64,000 nucleotides of DNA from an uncultured Clostridia bacterium (GCA_945876935.1 CAMCQA010000003.1:7008-71007), one strand, 5' to 3'; positions 29,871-40,533 are shown, counted from the first letter of the stretch. The notes: generated by a model not told the origin, from the sequence alone. Made by a program: numbers and translations.

Positions 29871-31112
29871 TTACTTTTTTGCCTTTGCTTTAGTCTCTTC
29901 AATATTCTTCATAGACTCTATAATAGCATCTGCAAGAGAGTGCATATCATTAGCATTAGCCTCATTCAAAGAAGTATTTAAAGTAACTCTATCGTTTAGA
30001 ACATCAACCATCTTTAATCTTTCATTGACGAACTCTTCAATTCTATCTCCAACAGTACATGCCCATGTTCCGTTTTCAATAATACCTAGCGTTCTATTTT
30101 GAACGTTAAGAGCTTCTAAATCCATAATGAAGTTTTTCATCACAGGATAAATTTCTAGATTGTATGTAACAGATGCTAAAACTATATGAGAATACTTAAA
30201 AGTATCTGCAATCAGTTGAGACATATGTGTATTTGAAACATCGTGAACTACAACATTAGTCATACCTTTTTCACAAAGCTCAGTTGCTAGAGCCTGTGCA
30301 GCATGTTCAGTATTACCATACATTGATGCATATGCAATCATTACACCCTGCTCTTCTGGTTCATATCTGCTCCACTTATCATATTTTTCAATGATATATC
30401 CAAAGTCATTTCTCCAAACTGGTCCATGAAGAGGACAAATATACTTAATATCTAAAGTAGCAGCCTTCTTCAAAACATCCTGAACGAAAGGACCATACTT
30501 ACCAACAATATTAGTATAGTATCTTCTAGCATCATCTAACCAATCTCTATCAAAGTTAACTTCATCGTTAAATAGCTTACCATCTAGAGCACCAAATGTT
30601 CCAAAAGCATCTGCAGCCATCAATACGCCATCTTTCAAGTCATAGCTTAGAAGAACTTCTGGCCAATGAACCATAGGAGCTTCTACGAAAGCGTAAGTGT
30701 GAGCTCCGAAAGAGAAAGTATCTCCCTCTTTTACTATAATCTGCTCATGATTATCAATAGCTTTAAATCCAATTTGTCTCATGATTTCAAAAGCCTGTTC
30801 GCTACTTATTAGCTTAACTTCTGGGTATCTTAAACAAACTTCTTCAACAGCGCCTCCATGGTCAGGCTCCATATGATGAACCACCATATAATCTAGAGGT
30901 CTTCCATCTAAAACATCTTCTATATTCTTTAAAAATTCTTTAGTTGCTGACCAATCCACTGAATCAAACAATACAGTCTTCTCATCAAGAAGCAGGTAAG
31001 AGTTATACGATACTCCTCTAGGTATTGGGAATATATTTTCAAATAAAGCCAGCCTGTGATCGTTTGCACCTATCCAATATAGGTCATCTGTAACTTTTCT
31101 AACTGTATACAT
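29871..31112 (-). CDS. fprA: Flavodiiron protein (FprA, metallo-beta-lactamase plus flavodoxin)
   Basis: Di-iron ligand motifs HMEPDH, VHWPE, ADAFG, PLHGP; flavodoxin YASMYGNT. Confidence 0.94.
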   Translation of the reverse strand: MYTVRKVTDDLYWIGANDHRLALFENIFPIPRGVSYNSYLLLDEKTVLFDSVDWSATKEFLKNIEDVLDGRPLDYMVVHHMEPDHGGAVEEVCLRYPEVKLISSEQAFEIMRQIGFKAIDNHEQIIVKEGDTFSFGAHTYAFVEAPMVHWPEVLLSYDLKDGVLMAADAFGTFGALDGKLFNDEVNFDRDWLDDARRYYTNIVGKYGPFVQDVLKKAATLDIKYICPLHGPVWRNDFGYIIEKYDKWSRYEPEEQGVMIAYASMYGNTEHAAQALATELCEKGMTNVVVHDVSNTHMSQLIADTFKYSHIVLASVTYNLEIYPVMKNFIMDLEALNVQNRTLGIIENGTWACTVGDRIEEFVNERLKMVDVLNDRVTLNTSLNEANANDMHSLADAIIESMKNIEETKAKAKK

Positions 31113-31135
31113 AGTATTTCCTCCAATTCCTAAAT

Positions 31136-33073
31136 TTACATTCTATCTGCTGAGTAAAACTCTTGAATAAACTTATCTTTTTCTTTCTGACAATCTGGGC
31201 AAACCCAATCTTCAGGCAACTTTTCAAACAATGTACCCGGATCTATTTCGCCCTCTACATCTCCTACATTAGGGTCATATTCATATCCGCAGCCAGTACA
31301 TACATACACTCCATAGTTAGGGGCTAGCTTTCTTGGCTTAGATCTTCTTACCTTCTTCATAGGAGGTGCCGGCTTCTTTTCGCCCATTCCTAATGCTTCT
31401 GCCAATAGTGGTAGTACTTCTGCTAAATCTCCAACAATTCCATAGTCTGCATTCTTAAATATAGCTGCACCTGGATTTTTGTTGATAGCAACGATTGTAG
31501 ATGCATCTTTAATACCCTTTAGGTGCTGAGAAGCTCCAGAAATACCGCAAGCTATGTATAAATTGCCCTTGAACTTCTGCCCTGACATACCAACGTAACG
31601 CTCTAGAGGTAGAAGCTTCATATTTTCAGCTACAGGTCTTGAACAACCTAAGGCTGCACCAGCTGCATGAGCAAGATTTTCAGCAAGCTTCAAGTTATCA
31701 GCTGAACCTATACCCTTACCTATGCTTACTACTCTTTCTGCATCAACTATAGGAGTATTCATATCTATGCCAACAGTAAAGTCATATCCATCCTTTTTAA
31801 GAGCTGCAACAAGCTTATCTACAGAATCCTTAACAGAGTCTTCCTTAAAGATTTCTCTCTTTCTTTCCCCTGTTATTGGACCTGCTTTCTTTCCAGCAAC
31901 AGCAGCTCCACCTTTAGACTTGCTCTTAGCAGGCTTTCCAATAAGACTAGCTGCTATAACAACTCTCTGAATTTCATTTGTTCCTTCATATATAGTTGTA
32001 ATTTTAGCATCTCTATAGAATCTCTCAACATCCATACCCTTTAGGTATCCTGTTCCTCCATGAATTTGAAGAGCATCATTTACAACCTCTAAGCAAATGT
32101 CTGAAGCGTACTGCTTAGCCATTGCTGATTCCATACCATAATTCTCATGATTTGTCTTCATCTCTGCTGCTGAGTAAATCAGGAATCTTGCCGCTCTAAT
32201 CTTTGTAGCCATATCAGCTATTTTAAATGAAATAATCTGCTGCTGAGCAATAGGCTTTCCAAACTGAACTCTCTCTTTTGCATACTGTAAAGCTGCTTCA
32301 TAAGCTCCCTGAGCTATACCTAATGCCTGAGATGCTATACCGATTCTTCCACCATCAAGTGTCTGCATAGCTATTCTAAATCCCTGACCTTCTTTACCTA
32401 GTAAGTTTTCTTTAGGTACTTTTACATTGTCAAAAATTAACTCTGCAGTAGTAGAAGATCTTATACCTAATTTGTCATAATGGTCTCCAAATGAGAATCC
32501 TTCCCATTCTTTCTCAACGATAAACGCTGAAATACCGTGCGTTCCAATGCCAGGAGTAGTCACTGCAAATACTATATAAAAGTCAGCTTTAGGTGCATTT
32601 GTAATAAAAATCTTATTACCATTTAAGATATAATAATCCCCATCTAACTCAGCTGTAGTCTCTGTTCCTGAGGCATCACTTCCAGCATTTGGCTCTGTAA
32701 GACCAAAAGCACCTATCTTCTCACCCTTTGAAAGTGGAACAAGGTATTTTTTCTTTTGTTCTTCTGTTCCAAAAGCATCTATAGGATATGCTCCTAAAGA
32801 TGTATGTGCAGATAAAATTACTCCAACACCACCATCAACTCTTGATAGTTCCTCTACAGCTATAGCGTAAGAGATAGCATCTAAGCCAGCTCCTCCGTAC
32901 TCTTTTGCATAAGGAATACCCATCCAACCATTTTCACCCATCTTCTTAACAATTTCGTCTGGAAACTCGTTGTTTTGATCTAGTGAAAAAGCTATAGGTT
33001 TCACCTCTTCTTCTGCAAATTTTCTAACGGCTTTTCGTAACTCCTCATGTTCTTTTGTCGTCTTAAATAACAT
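31136..33073 (-). CDS. Acyl-CoA dehydrogenase / ETF-alpha C-terminal / rubredoxin fusion (butyryl-CoA:oxygen oxidoreductase-like)
   Basis: ACAD motifs [12 protein letters not shown] and [10 protein letters not shown]; ETF-alpha [20 protein letters not shown]; rubredoxin CTGCGY...WVCPDC. Confidence 0.9.
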   Translation of the reverse strand: MLFKTTKEHEELRKAVRKFAEEEVKPIAFSLDQNNEFPDEIVKKMGENGWMGIPYAKEYGGAGLDAISYAIAVEELSRVDGGVGVILSAHTSLGAYPIDAFGTEEQKKKYLVPLSKGEKIGAFGLTEPNAGSDASGTETTAELDGDYYILNGNKIFITNAPKADFYIVFAVTTPGIGTHGISAFIVEKEWEGFSFGDHYDKLGIRSSTTAELIFDNVKVPKENLLGKEGQGFRIAMQTLDGGRIGIASQALGIAQGAYEAALQYAKERVQFGKPIAQQQIISFKIADMATKIRAARFLIYSAAEMKTNHENYGMESAMAKQYASDICLEVVNDALQIHGGTGYLKGMDVERFYRDAKITTIYEGTNEIQRVVIAASLIGKPAKSKSKGGAAVAGKKAGPITGERKREIFKEDSVKDSVDKLVAALKKDGYDFTVGIDMNTPIVDAERVVSIGKGIGSADNLKLAENLAHAAGAALGCSRPVAENMKLLPLERYVGMSGQKFKGNLYIACGISGASQHLKGIKDASTIVAINKNPGAAIFKNADYGIVGDLAEVLPLLAEALGMGEKKPAPPMKKVRRSKPRKLAPNYGVYVCTGCGYEYDPNVGDVEGEIDPGTLFEKLPEDWVCPDCQKEKDKFIQEFYSADRM

Positions 33074-33140
33074 GGTTTACCTCCTTCTTTAAATTAAACA
33101 TCTTACATACGCTTAATTGTAACATTGTCAACTTACCTAT

Positions 33141-33179
33141 ATTATATACCTAATTATGGCAATGTAAAGCATTTCACAA
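33141..33179 (-). promoter_or_regulatory. Promoter of the ACAD-fusion/fprA operon with a Rex-like operator
   Basis: TTTACA (33163-33168), 16 bp spacer, TATAAT (33141-33146). TTGTGAA-ATGC-TTTACAT (33162-33179) resembles the Rex consensus TTGTGAA-N4-TTCACAA. Confidence 0.5.
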
Positions 33180-33260
33180 TAAATTTATACTAAACAAGTC
33201 AAGTTTTATTTTACTTTCACACTTATTACACAATTTATATGGATTTATGTTTAATAAAAA

Positions 33261-33292
33261 AACTGACCTTAATGTTTTTATTAAGGTCAGTA
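33261..33292 (-). terminator. Terminator after the 348-aa surface protein gene
   Basis: ACUGACCUU-loop-AAGGUCAGU followed by a U run on the minus strand. Confidence 0.7.
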
Positions 33293-33316
33293 AGATATTT
33301 TAATTTAATTCTGCAA

Positions 33317-34363
33317 TTATCCTCTATTTTTTCTTCTTAGAGTTAAAACACCTGCAGCTGATACTATTAGAGTACCAAATACTGCTCCTGCAGCAAAATT
33401 ATCTGATGTCTTAGGAGACTTGCTCATTTTCTTAGCAGGCTTCATTTCTGGTTTCTTCTCAGGATCCATAGGCATATCTGCTGGCATATCATCATCTGCA
33501 TCTGCAGAAGCCTTTACAATAGAAGTGAATGTTATCATTTCCTCTGGAGTGTCATCGTCGTCCTTGTTATCAAAGTCTTTTCCTTCTGGTAACTGAACTC
33601 CTTCCCAGTTGAAGTTAAAAGGCATCTCTATACCAAATAGGTTAGCAGTTGATTTAAACTCTCCATAAACATATCCTTCTGCCTTTATTTTATCCCCTGG
33701 TTTAACTGTATCTTTTACTTTTGCACCAGTAGTTTTAACTACCATAATATCAGGAGCTGCCAGTACATCATCCTTTAAGGCAACATAACTTTCATAAGTC
33801 TTCTTTAAAACCATATTTACTTTCAGTGAAGTGTACTTAACAGCCTGCTTATTTGCATCAAGAAGCTCAAATGTTTCTACCTCTACACCATTTTGATCCT
33901 GAAGTTTAAATAGATTATTTTCAGATAAAGTTGCCTTAACATTTGTTAAATCAACCTGATCATCTCTAACAGTTAGTGTAGCAACAAAAGAACTTGCTGT
34001 ATCATAAAGAACAATTTTACCTAGGTTATTTTTTACCTGAGCTGGTAGTAGGTTTGAATTTTCAACAGCTGTAAGAGTATCTTTAATGCTCTTAACATCT
34101 AAAGTAGATTCGTACTTTATCTCAGCACCTGCTTCTGTCTCATGAAGAGCGTTAGCTTCAGTATCACCATCAACTAAAATGTCACCATTAAGCTCTACTG
34201 CTGGGTTTTCTACTCCTGCATTTGGAGGTGCTGGAGCCGCTGCAGCATTACCATTTACTGTAGTGTCTGTAGTCTGTGCAAATGCCTGGCTACTAAAAGC
34301 CACTGTAGAAAGGGCAACTGTTAAAGATAACAGACCCGATGCTATTAATTTTGTCTTTTTCAT
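33317..34363 (-). CDS. Cell-wall-anchored surface protein of unknown function
   Basis: Signal peptide (…SQAFA), Ala/Pro linker, D/M/P/K-rich stalk, SPKTSD sorting-like motif, TM helix and RRKNR tail. Confidence 0.8.
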   Translation of the reverse strand: MKKTKLIASGLLSLTVALSTVAFSSQAFAQTTDTTVNGNAAAAPAPPNAGVENPAVELNGDILVDGDTEANALHETEAGAEIKYESTLDVKSIKDTLTAVENSNLLPAQVKNNLGKIVLYDTASSFVATLTVRDDQVDLTNVKATLSENNLFKLQDQNGVEVETFELLDANKQAVKYTSLKVNMVLKKTYESYVALKDDVLAAPDIMVVKTTGAKVKDTVKPGDKIKAEGYVYGEFKSTANLFGIEMPFNFNWEGVQLPEGKDFDNKDDDDTPEEMITFTSIVKASADADDDMPADMPMDPEKKPEMKPAKKMSKSPKTSDNFAAGAVFGTLIVSAAGVLTLRRKNRG

Positions 34364-34515
34364 TTTTCTCTCCTGTTTTATTTAAGTTTTCTGTCTTTAT
34401 TTTCTCTTATTAATAATACACCATTTTACAAGTAATCACAACATAAATTATGTTTTTTTTAATTTCAATAAGAAAACGAGCTTATTATCAAGATTTTTCT
34501 AAAGGTTAATATAAC

Positions 34516-37500
34516 TTATTTAACTACTTTTTTCCTGCTAACAACAAATAAACCTAACGATGCGCATAATAAGGATGCCAGTATTCCTAAATCCATGTTA
34601 TCTCCTGTCTTTGGAGCCTTAACAGGTATTTTTTTATTCAGCACAGTCTCTTCTAAAACTTTACCATTTTCCCTAATTGAAAATTCGTAAGTTTTATCAT
34701 TTTTGAAGAATCCTTTAAGCTCTTTTGTTTCCTTAACCTTATAATCTCCATAAACTAGGTCTTCAAAAGCTACAACTCCATTTGCATCTGTCACTTTCGT
34801 ATCTATTATCTTATCATTCTGAATTAATGCAAATTCAACACCCTGAAGTTTATTTCCCTTTTCATCGACCTTATTTATAATGATAGTACCCTTTTTAAGA
34901 GTATTATAGAATTCTTCTAAATCTACTAGCTCTCCATCTTTTCTGATGCTTACATCTCTTATCTCTTCTGATAGATTATAGTTTTCCAGTGTACTCTTTT
35001 CCTTCAACTGATAATCTCCATACAGTATATCCTCAAAGGTTGCTACTCCATCTTCTCCTGTAGTTGCTTCATAGACTTCCTTATCATCTTGCATCAATAC
35101 AAATGTTACTCCTGCAAGCTTCTTATCTTTGTCATATGCATCTACCTTAGTTACCTTCACACTTCCCTTCTTTATCTGGTTTGTGAAGTCTCCTAGATCT
35201 ATTAGCTCCCCTTCTTTTCTGATGCTTACATCTCTTATCTCTTCTGATAGATTGTAGTTTTCAAGTGTACTCTTTTCCTTTAGAGTATAGTCTCCGTAGA
35301 CTATGTCTTCAAAGGTTGCTACCCCATCTTCTCCTGTAGTTGCTTCATAGACTTCCTTATCAGTTTGCATCAACACGAATGTTACTCCTTCAAGCTTCTT
35401 ATCTTTATTATCAGCATCTACCTTAGTTACCTTCACACTTCCCTTCTTTATCTGGTTTGTGAAGTCTCCTAGATCTATTAGCTCTCCATCTTTCCTGATG
35501 CTTACATCTCTTATCTCTTCTGATAGATTGTAGTTTTCCAGTGTACTCTTTTCCTTTAGAGTATAGTCTCCGTAAACTACACCTTCAAAGGTTGCTACTC
35601 CATCTTCTCCTGTAGTTGCTTCATAGACTTCCTTATCGGCCTGCATCAATACGAATGTTACTCCTGCAAGCTTCTTATCTTTATCCTCTGCATCTACTTT
35701 CGTTACCTTCACATTTCCCTTCTTTATCTGGTTTGATATTTCTCCAAGATTTATAATCTGCTTATCTTGGGTTATTGATATATCAGTACTTTCAAAAGCG
35801 TTTTCTTCTGGAAGGTTATAGTTGTCTAATGTTCCTGTTTCTACAAGCTTATATTCTCCATAAACAACATCTTCAAATGTTACAGTACCATCATTTTTAG
35901 AAACTGCTTCATATTTTTTCTGATTATTTTGTCTAAGTTCAAAAGTAACATTAACTAAAGCCTTATCAGAATCATCTGCATCTACTTTCTTAAAAGTAAC
36001 ACTGCCTTTTTTCATTTTATTAGATACAGTTCCTAAGTCTTCTGTAACCTGATCTTCTGTTATAGATATTGGCCTTTCTGTATCATCTAAAACGTAGTTA
36101 TCTAGTGTCGCTTTCTCAACAACTATATAATCACCATAAGGAACATCTTCAAATAAAGCTACTCCATCAACATCAGTCTTTGCCGTAGCTACTTCAGTCT
36201 TCTTGTTTCCTTCGACCTTTTTTAATGAGAACTCTACTCCTTTGAGTTTTATCTGTTGGTTATCAGCATCAACTTTAGTTAACCTTATATGGCCTTTTTT
36301 TATAATGTTGGAAACTATACCAGCATTAATTGTTTCACCATCTGTATCTACATTAACATTAAGCGTTATATCTGAAGGTAAATAACCTTCCTTTGGCGTC
36401 TTTTCTGTTATTGTATATTCTCCAAATACCACATTCTCAAAAGTAGCTATGCCTTTATCATCGGTAGTTGCTGTAGCAATTTCATTTCCATCCTTATTTA
36501 AAGAGAAAACTACTCCTGATAAAACCTTTGTGTTATCATCTCCATCCACTTTCTTAACCTGTACATCGGACTTTATTTTGTTATTTATCCAGTTCCCCAA
36601 AGATATAGCGTCGTCACCATTTTCAGTTATATTTACGCTCTTAACCATATCGCTTAAAGCGTATCCTTCTAAAGTTTCTATCTCTTTTATCTTATACTGT
36701 CCATAACTAACATTTTCAAAAGTAACAACTCCATCTTGGTTTGATGTAGCTTCAAATATAGGTGTATTTAAATCATTTTCTTTAAATAATCCAAACTTTA
36801 CACCACTTAACTTATTTGTAGTTTCATCCTCGTTATCACCATCAATCTTTACAAAAGTAATATTTCTCTTGATAGGTTTGTTCTCTATCGTCTGAACTTC
36901 TAAATCATCTTCTCCAACAGTTACATCTCTACCATTCTTCTCTATAATGTCATATCCTTCCAGAGCTTTCGTTTCTACAATTTTATATTCTCCAAAAGGA
37001 ATATTCTTAAAGACAGCTTTACCTGTCGCATCCGTTTCTACAGTGTCTACAGTTTCTTCACCTTTCATAAGCTTAAACTCTACACCTGATAAAGCTTTCT
37101 TTATTCCATTCTCATCTGCTTCCGATGATGTTTTTAATATTTCAACATCTCTATTAACAGATACTATACCAGCATTGATAATAGCTGAGTTTGAAATAGG
37201 ATTTAATACAAAGGAATGAGACATTCCATAATTAGTACCTTCCGGCTTTTCCTCTACATTGTTTTGATCTATTTTCTTTCCAAAGTTATCTGTGAATACA
37301 TCAGTATCATCTCTTGTAAACCTTACTTTATAGTTACCTCTCTTGTATACGGACATTGTGTATCTTCCAGATGCATCTGTAGTAGCTGTAATGAAGTTTC
37401 CTTCTGCATCTTTTACAGGTGCTCCTGTATCAGCATCTATTAACTCTACTTTTCTTCCAGAAACACCGTCTTCTCTAGTAGAAAGGTTACCATCTTTATT

Positions 37501-40422
37501 AAAATCTTTAAAATACTTACCTGTAACTAAATATTTTTCAAAGGTTACTTTAACTTTGTTTCCTTCAACGAATATATTTGAATCTGTTGAAATGGCAGAC
37601 GAATTTATTGCAAAGTCTCCAGGCGAAAGAGTCTTATCATAAGGAATCTTACTCTTTACTAAAAAGTTCACAGTTTCCTTAACAGCTATTTGTTTACCTT
37701 CTTTAAGGACGAACTTAAAGCTTGTTACTTTGCTAAAATCATTAACTTGGTCTTTTGTTACCCACTGTCCATCTCTAACATTTTCAATAGTATCTCTAGG
37801 ACCGACCTGATAAAATATATCAAACTTCTCTAAAACTGCAGCGTTTTCCGGTGCATCTTCTATAGCACCACTGAGAGGTGTATTGAATACAGACCCTCTT
37901 TTTAGGTATTCATTAGCCTGATTCGGTACAATTACCGTATCTTGAGCGTAAGGAAGCTTATCTATAACATAAGCTGAACTCGCTTCTTCTATAGTATTAT
38001 TAAATATAGAAATATTGTAATAGAAGTCTTCTCCAAGATCACCTGTTGCAACAAGTCCTAAAGAGTCTTTTGTAAAACCTACCTCTTTCTTTATTAGAAG
38101 CTCCAGTGGTGGAGTATAAGTAATATTTGAAGAAACGCCCATAAAGTATTCTTCTCTGTCTCCATCTCCATCTAAATCTAAATCATCTTTGTAGGCTCTC
38201 TGATTGTAGAAAGATACAATATTCTTATTATCCGGATAAACTATATAGCTATCTATTTGGTTGGCACCTCTCTTAGCATAAGGCGATACTTCCACTCTTG
38301 TTGATATACCAAAATCATCTAAACCAATATCTGATGGTAGCACCTTAGGCACAGTATATATAACAGCTGTTCTGCCAGTATTTTTAAAGTTTTCAATAAC
38401 CTCAGGAGCTCCTATTTTCTCACCGTTATACCAATACGCACTATTAGTTGATGCATAGTTAAAAGCCGGCGGTAAAAGCTGAATTACCTTTACATTCTCA
38501 ATCGGCTTATCAACAAGGGGTCCCCACAAGCCATAATCCGCACGAAATCTTCCTTCTGTAGCATAATTAACAAAAGTACCAGACTTGGAATAGCTTACCT
38601 GTTGATCTCCTGTAGCTGAAATATCAGACTTTGGCTCTATAGGAGAAAGGCTCGTATATGCATAGTCTCCGTTATGTGTATTATTAGCCTTTTGGTCATC
38701 ATTAATTTTATTTAGAAAATCACTTGTCGAAGTAGCTGTTGCTCTTCCACCATAAGTTTGTTTTGTCTTATATGTTTTATTTGCAAACTTTTCTAGTTCT
38801 GCTTTTGAAGGAAACTCATGAGTAACTATTCTAAATCCTGCATCATCTAAAATAATTGGCTCTTTCAAAACTAAATCTAGTGCCTTATATTTTCCTTCCG
38901 TATCATTTATATCTACTTTTTCTTCAAATTGAACATTTTCTCTTATTACTTCTCTAGTACCATCATCTTTAATACCATAAAGTGTGTTTCCAGAGTTAAG
39001 CTGGTTTATAACATTTTCCTTGTATGTTTTAAACTCAGCATCAGTATATGAATCTCCATCTTTATAAAAATCTTTAATCTGATAGTACTTATAATAAACT
39101 CTCTTATCATTAGCTTGCTTTGATAATACGTCTCCCATATTGAATAGCTTTGTTACTATACCATTTTTCTTATTATCAAAACTTGATCCATTATTACTGT
39201 TTCTAAAGGTAGTCTGATAAACAAGACCTTCAGCTGTTTGGTCATTTTTTCTATCATATATAACCCCATCATGTATAGCATAATTACCATCTGCTATATC
39301 AAATTTTATAGGGTCTGTGCCAGCTCCATTTAAATTATCCTTATGTATAAAAAGTCCACCTGTTGGTGAAAAAGGAATTCCTTTAAACTGAACTTTCATT
39401 GCCCTATCGCTGAACTTTCTTTGTGTTGGAAGTCCTGCATCTACATAATACTCTGCACTTATATCATAAGGGGTATCTAAAGCTTTATTCTTAAATACGA
39501 AGTGGGGCCAATAAGTTCTTCCAGGGTTACCATCTCTCCGTCCACTATGATAATAGTTTGGTGCCGGGTTATTATCAATAAAAGTTGCTGTCTTTGCAAC
39601 TGGATCATAAATCCAGTCTCTTTTATAAGCTTCTGCAGGCTCAACACCTTCAGGTAAGTGTACAACAATTTTAAGGTTTGTAGGTTTTACAAATGAGACT
39701 GTTCCATCAAACCCCTTAGTAACCTCAACAACTTCTGAGAATCCAACTTCCACATCTCTTCCTGGCTCACCTGTTGTATTCTGTCCTTCCAAAGTGTTTA
39801 CATTGTAATGATATATTTTTGTAGTATCGTCAAACCTATTATATCCATAAGGATGTATAGCTGAATTAGAATATTCAAATTCATTTTTTAAAGCCTTGTA
39901 AGTCTTAGTTGTGCTATATAGCTTAGGCATATTTTTAAAATCTATGGATTCATCGTTAGCATCCACCATATCTAGCTTAATTATTTCAGTATCTCCGTTT
40001 CTTGTAGGCTCTTCCCTAAATTTAAAAGGAAACTGAAAAGTCATAAGATTACCGCCCGTCAGCTCTCTAAATTTATAAATTACATACCAGTTTTCTTCAT
40101 CCTCAAGTCTCTTTGTCTCATATGAGTTCTGTGAGTCTACAAATGTAGGCTTCTCTACTCTACCTCCATTCTTAGGAACTGTCAGAACTATCCATGGGTT
40201 TTTAATGCTTACGCCAGAACCTGAAATTTTAACATTTGCAGCTGCTGGAATAGTTTTATTTACCCAAAAGTCTGTGTCATGGGTTATTGTTGACCCATCA
40301 AAATTGATTATGGACAAATCAACTCTTAAAGTTTCATCTGCATACGCAAAGTTGCTAAATACAGATAAAATCATAAGAAATGCAAGAAGTCCACTTATCA
40401 GCTTCTGTCTTAATCCATTCAT
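34516..40422 (-). CDS. Large sortase-anchored adhesin with an SdrD-B-like domain and about 9 SpaA/CnaB-type repeats
   Basis: Signal peptide; repeated K-V-D...GVxFxL...G-Y...E...GY/NY...N modules; APKTGD, TM helix and RKK tail. Start 40422 follows AAAGGAG. Confidence 0.88.
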   Translation of the reverse strand: MNGLRQKLISGLLAFLMILSVFSNFAYADETLRVDLSIINFDGSTITHDTDFWVNKTIPAAANVKISGSGVSIKNPWIVLTVPKNGGRVEKPTFVDSQNSYETKRLEDEENWYVIYKFRELTGGNLMTFQFPFKFREEPTRNGDTEIIKLDMVDANDESIDFKNMPKLYSTTKTYKALKNEFEYSNSAIHPYGYNRFDDTTKIYHYNVNTLEGQNTTGEPGRDVEVGFSEVVEVTKGFDGTVSFVKPTNLKIVVHLPEGVEPAEAYKRDWIYDPVAKTATFIDNNPAPNYYHSGRRDGNPGRTYWPHFVFKNKALDTPYDISAEYYVDAGLPTQRKFSDRAMKVQFKGIPFSPTGGLFIHKDNLNGAGTDPIKFDIADGNYAIHDGVIYDRKNDQTAEGLVYQTTFRNSNNGSSFDNKKNGIVTKLFNMGDVLSKQANDKRVYYKYYQIKDFYKDGDSYTDAEFKTYKENVINQLNSGNTLYGIKDDGTREVIRENVQFEEKVDINDTEGKYKALDLVLKEPIILDDAGFRIVTHEFPSKAELEKFANKTYKTKQTYGGRATATSTSDFLNKINDDQKANNTHNGDYAYTSLSPIEPKSDISATGDQQVSYSKSGTFVNYATEGRFRADYGLWGPLVDKPIENVKVIQLLPPAFNYASTNSAYWYNGEKIGAPEVIENFKNTGRTAVIYTVPKVLPSDIGLDDFGISTRVEVSPYAKRGANQIDSYIVYPDNKNIVSFYNQRAYKDDLDLDGDGDREEYFMGVSSNITYTPPLELLIKKEVGFTKDSLGLVATGDLGEDFYYNISIFNNTIEEASSAYVIDKLPYAQDTVIVPNQANEYLKRGSVFNTPLSGAIEDAPENAAVLEKFDIFYQVGPRDTIENVRDGQWVTKDQVNDFSKVTSFKFVLKEGKQIAVKETVNFLVKSKIPYDKTLSPGDFAINSSAISTDSNIFVEGNKVKVTFEKYLVTGKYFKDFNKDGNLSTREDGVSGRKVELIDADTGAPVKDAEGNFITATTDASGRYTMSVYKRGNYKVRFTRDDTDVFTDNFGKKIDQNNVEEKPEGTNYGMSHSFVLNPISNSAIINAGIVSVNRDVEILKTSSEADENGIKKALSGVEFKLMKGEETVDTVETDATGKAVFKNIPFGEYKIVETKALEGYDIIEKNGRDVTVGEDDLEVQTIENKPIKRNITFVKIDGDNEDETTNKLSGVKFGLFKENDLNTPIFEATSNQDGVVTFENVSYGQYKIKEIETLEGYALSDMVKSVNITENGDDAISLGNWINNKIKSDVQVKKVDGDDNTKVLSGVVFSLNKDGNEIATATTDDKGIATFENVVFGEYTITEKTPKEGYLPSDITLNVNVDTDGETINAGIVSNIIKKGHIRLTKVDADNQQIKLKGVEFSLKKVEGNKKTEVATAKTDVDGVALFEDVPYGDYIVVEKATLDNYVLDDTERPISITEDQVTEDLGTVSNKMKKGSVTFKKVDADDSDKALVNVTFELRQNNQKKYEAVSKNDGTVTFEDVVYGEYKLVETGTLDNYNLPEENAFESTDISITQDKQIINLGEISNQIKKGNVKVTKVDAEDKDKKLAGVTFVLMQADKEVYEATTGEDGVATFEGVVYGDYTLKEKSTLENYNLSEEIRDVSIRKDGELIDLGDFTNQIKKGSVKVTKVDADNKDKKLEGVTFVLMQTDKEVYEATTGEDGVATFEDIVYGDYTLKEKSTLENYNLSEEIRDVSIRKEGELIDLGDFTNQIKKGSVKVTKVDAYDKDKKLAGVTFVLMQDDKEVYEATTGEDGVATFEDILYGDYQLKEKSTLENYNLSEEIRDVSIRKDGELVDLEEFYNTLKKGTIIINKVDEKGNKLQGVEFALIQNDKIIDTKVTDANGVVAFEDLVYGDYKVKETKELKGFFKNDKTYEFSIRENGKVLEETVLNKKIPVKAPKTGDNMDLGILASLLCASLGLFVVSRKKVVK
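34894..35721 (-). repeat. Three near-identical 276-bp (92-aa) tandem repeats in the adhesin stalk
   Basis: The anchor TACATCTCTTATCTCTTCTGATAG recurs at 34951, 35227 and 35503 (period 276). Confidence 0.93.
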
Positions 40423-40533
40423 ATATACTCCTTTCAAAACAGGTTTATTATTACTAACTTAACACTTATAGTTTATACACACTATACAAGTATTAAAACC
40501 TATTTTATTTACATCAAATTCATTATTTATGTG

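Noticed and set aside
34894-35721. CRISPR-like or mobile repeat
   Set aside because: The repeats are in-frame 276-bp coding units with no spacers.
34516-40422. Thioester (TED) adhesin domain
   Set aside because: The mature region has no cysteine; the only Cys is in the C-terminal anchor.
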